From Candidatus Thorarchaeota archaeon SMTZ1-45 (GTDB lineage Archaea > Asgardarchaeota > Thorarchaeia > Thorarchaeales > Thorarchaeaceae), in NCBI GenBank assembly GCA_001563335.1, contig LRSL01000098.1:1-38520 (forward strand): a stretch of 38,520 nucleotides of DNA. The letters are read 5' to 3'. The notes below the pieces were generated by a model. The model made no database searches, was not told where the DNA came from, and saw only the letters and a list, made by a program, of their open reading frames with translations. The translations under genes were made by a program, and so were the position numbers. Below are positions 36,157 through 38,520 of the stretch, piece by piece (within the stretch, counting starts at the first letter, position 1; each line of letters opens with the position of its first letter).

Positions 36157-38520
36157 CTGGTGGTGGTAGTTCCCATTCATCCTCGTCCTGTTGAGGTTCA
36201 ATTGGTCTTTGCGGAGGTTTTGGTCGACCTCTAACCCTTGTTAGAATGACATATCCAAGACCAATTCCTACAACTCCTAGAAGTGAATAAATAACTGCCA
36301 ACACGACAATATCATCCGCAGCATCAACTGGAACTAGGATTGTCTTTTGAAACAGCTTTATGTTTCCCTCTGAATCTATAGCTCTAACTTGGATGGAGAA
36401 GAATCCTCCACCATTGAAAACAAATGAGGTCCAGAATTTGTAGCCTAATTCCTCATTGATAGTACCTGTAAGGTTTACACCACGTGGTCCAATCACACTA
36501 ATTGTTACATCTTCAAGATCCTCATCAAAAACATATGCGGTCACATTTGCTTCTTCACCAAATTCGCCTAGACTTAGTTTTACATCGAAGACTCGTGGTG
36601 CATTTGGTAAAATTGCAGTTGCTAGATTTCTAAGTAGTCTAAGATTGTCCGCACCTGCACTTATTGCATCATACAGGATATCATCATACAAGGTCGAACC
36701 ATCTGAAATGACAAAGACTTGGCCATGACCATACTCTGCAGTAGCAACGATGGCATGTGTCCTTGCAGCATCTTCCCAGAGCAAGCCCCTTGCATTAGAT
36801 ACACTTGGGTCAATATGAAGCGTGCTGCCCTGAAGGACATAGAGATTGTTCACTCCGTCCATCAGTGGATTATCCTCCACATAGCCGCTATAATTAGCTC
36901 CGTAGACTAATCCATATCCATCTATCCCAAATCCGATTGGGCGTTCTTCACATTGAATTCCAAATGGCTCGAGAATTGCATTATAATCATTGAAGGCAAA
37001 TGTTGCAGCACCAGTATCTGGATTAAACGACTCTGAGAATACTAGAAGAGTTCCTCCATTCTCAACAAATGCGTGCAAAGCCGCTACTTCCCCCTCAGAA
37101 TATGCGGTTTCAGTATCCATGATAGTGAATGCATCGGCGCTTGAAATTGTACTCAAATCGATGTAACTCTGAATGATATCTTCAGGATTACCAAACTCGG
37201 ACACTACCATTCCTTGTTCTCTCAAATATTCTGTGAAGTATCCATAATATGAAGGTTGGTCGATATCTCCATTGATGCCAGTGCTATGATGCTCCATATC
37301 TACCATCATCCTACCACCAAAGAGCGTAATCGAGTATATGATTTCAGTTGATGCAACGACATCATTTCCTTGAGTAAGATTAAGGTAACCAGTATACAAT
37401 CCTGCAGACGAAAGTGCAATATCCTCAGTCACTTCAAGTTCAATCCCAAAGTATGAATACCCTGTTGTAACAAACACCTGATTTTGGTTTGCACTTAGAA
37501 ACTGACTTGCATTCCCAACAACTGTGATGTCAACTAATCCAACTGTATGTGTTGAGATGATCGTTACATTCTGAGGCGGGCGAGTATCCCCGACTATAAG
37601 GACTTGTTTACTCCATGGTAGAGTTGGGACACTCCGTGGAGTCATCAACGTAATATCCCGAGATGAGTTAATTAGAAGTTGAGATGCACGTGATACATTC
37701 GCTAATCCCCATCCTTGACTCATTGGGTCTGCGTCAAGGTCAGTAGCAGTACTCATCAAAGCTGCTTTTGCCTCAATCGGAGTTAGAGCTAAATGCTTCT
37801 GTGATAGAAGTGCAATTAAGCCTGCTACCATCGGAGTTGAGGCTGAAGTTCCTGACCAACGTGTATAGTTTGATCCAAACTGACTAATATTGTACCTAGG
37901 ATATTCAAGCTCATTAACGACATTACCTCTCCCTGAAACTACTAGATTTCCTGGTGCAACAATATCTGGTTTTGCAGTATACCCCTTTGGATTTGAAACT
38001 GTTCTCAATACTGGGCCAACACTACTAAATGCTACAATCCCACTATCCCCATATGATGAACCAACTGTAACTGCTTTTTCTGCTATACCAGGTGAATTAA
38101 TTGTGAACGCTGCTGGTCCTGAATTACCAGCAGCCACAACAACAGATATACCCGCAGCAATAGCATTTTCAATTTCACTTAACGAAGGTTCCACAAGGAA
38201 AGTATTATCCATCCACTCTCCTCCTAGACTGAGGCTTATCACATCAACATTCTGTTCGATTGCAAATTCAATTCCTTGGGCGATAACATCATCTTCACCA
38301 GCTCCTGATCCTTCTAGTACTTTGATTGCCAGTAAATTTGCACCAGGTGCAATTCCCTTGAGAAGTCCGCCGCTTGCAGTTCCATCCCCTACCGCATTCC
38401 ATGCACAAGCAGTTCCGTGACCATTGTCATCGTATGCATTTATTCCATTTGCTGGATTCATGTCATCATTGCCATTGATTAAGTCCTTGAACCCAATTAG
38501 CTGGTCCTGAAGGTCTGGAT
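36146..38520 (-). CDS. Membrane-anchored S8 protease with site-1-protease-like C-terminal domains (5' end outside window)
   Basis: Frame is open to the window edge (..PDLQDQLIGFKD). HGTACA, AAGNSGP and GTSASTP, an alpha/beta domain (VDMEHH...FVENGGTLLV), then TM and a Pro/acidic tail. Confidence 0.9.
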   Translation of the reverse strand, partial: PDLQDQLIGFKDLINGNDDMNPANGINAYDDNGHGTACAWNAVGDGTASGGLLKGIAPGANLLAIKVLEGSGAGEDDVIAQGIEFAIEQNVDVISLSLGGEWMDNTFLVEPSLSEIENAIAAGISVVVAAGNSGPAAFTINSPGIAEKAVTVGSSYGDSGIVAFSSVGPVLRTVSNPKGYTAKPDIVAPGNLVVSGRGNVVNELEYPRYNISQFGSNYTRWSGTSASTPMVAGLIALLSQKHLALTPIEAKAALMSTATDLDADPMSQGWGLANVSRASQLLINSSRDITLMTPRSVPTLPWSKQVLIVGDTRPPQNVTIISTHTVGLVDITVVGNASQFLSANQNQVFVTTGYSYFGIELEVTEDIALSSAGLYTGYLNLTQGNDVVASTEIIYSITLFGGRMMVDMEHHSTGINGDIDQPSYYGYFTEYLREQGMVVSEFGNPEDIIQSYIDLSTISSADAFTIMDTETAYSEGEVAALHAFVENGGTLLVFSESFNPDTGAATFAFNDYNAILEPFGIQCEERPIGFGIDGYGLVYGANYSGYVEDNPLMDGVNNLYVLQGSTLHIDPSVSNARGLLWEDAARTHAIVATAEYGHGQVFVISDGSTLYDDILYDAISAGADNLRLLRNLATAILPNAPRVFDVKLSLGEFGEEANVTAYVFDEDLEDVTISVIGPRGVNLTGTINEELGYKFWTSFVFNGGGFFSIQVRAIDSEGNIKLFQKTILVPVDAADDIVVLAVIYSLLGVVGIGLGYVILTRVRGRPKPPQRPIEPQQDEDEWELPPPAIE

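Noticed and set aside
1-38520. Selenocysteine (TGA) readthrough, tRNA/rRNA, transposases or integrases
   Set aside because: No TGA-ended gene that I checked looks truncated relative to its family, and no RNA-gene or mobile-element motifs were recognised by eye.

Overview
Gene-dense archaeal chromosomal window. An RFC small subunit, DUF2240, a TFS/RpoM-like zinc ribbon, an archaeal GTPBP1, frequent TTG/GTG starts and many large membrane-anchored proteins suggest an Asgard archaeon, probably Thorarchaeia (inference). I found no rRNA, tRNA, CRISPR array or mobile element. The best candidate for a new system is at about 7.8-12.7 kb. There a PqqD(RRE)-radical SAM-SPASM maturase is transcribed divergently from an operon. 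That operon contains a 710-aa single-pass DUF2207-like membrane protein ending in a 49-aa cytoplasmic tail with 11 Cys and 9 His (CHSA x7). This looks like a RiPP-type core fused to a large membrane protein instead of a short precursor. The second highlight is a membrane-anchored subtilase at the right edge whose post-catalytic domains resemble eukaryotic site-1 protease (MBTPS1/SKI-1). Other points are two paralogous subtilases with Ca-binding-like insertions, a TFS-like protein lacking its catalytic C-ribbon, a CTL/SLC44-like membrane protein, a membrane winged-helix/zinc-ribbon protein, an amber-interrupted PLP-enzyme remnant, an HTH locus with an operator-like inverted repeat, and a 51-aa membrane ORF missed by the ORF track. 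All family calls come from motif recognition by eye; no searches were run.
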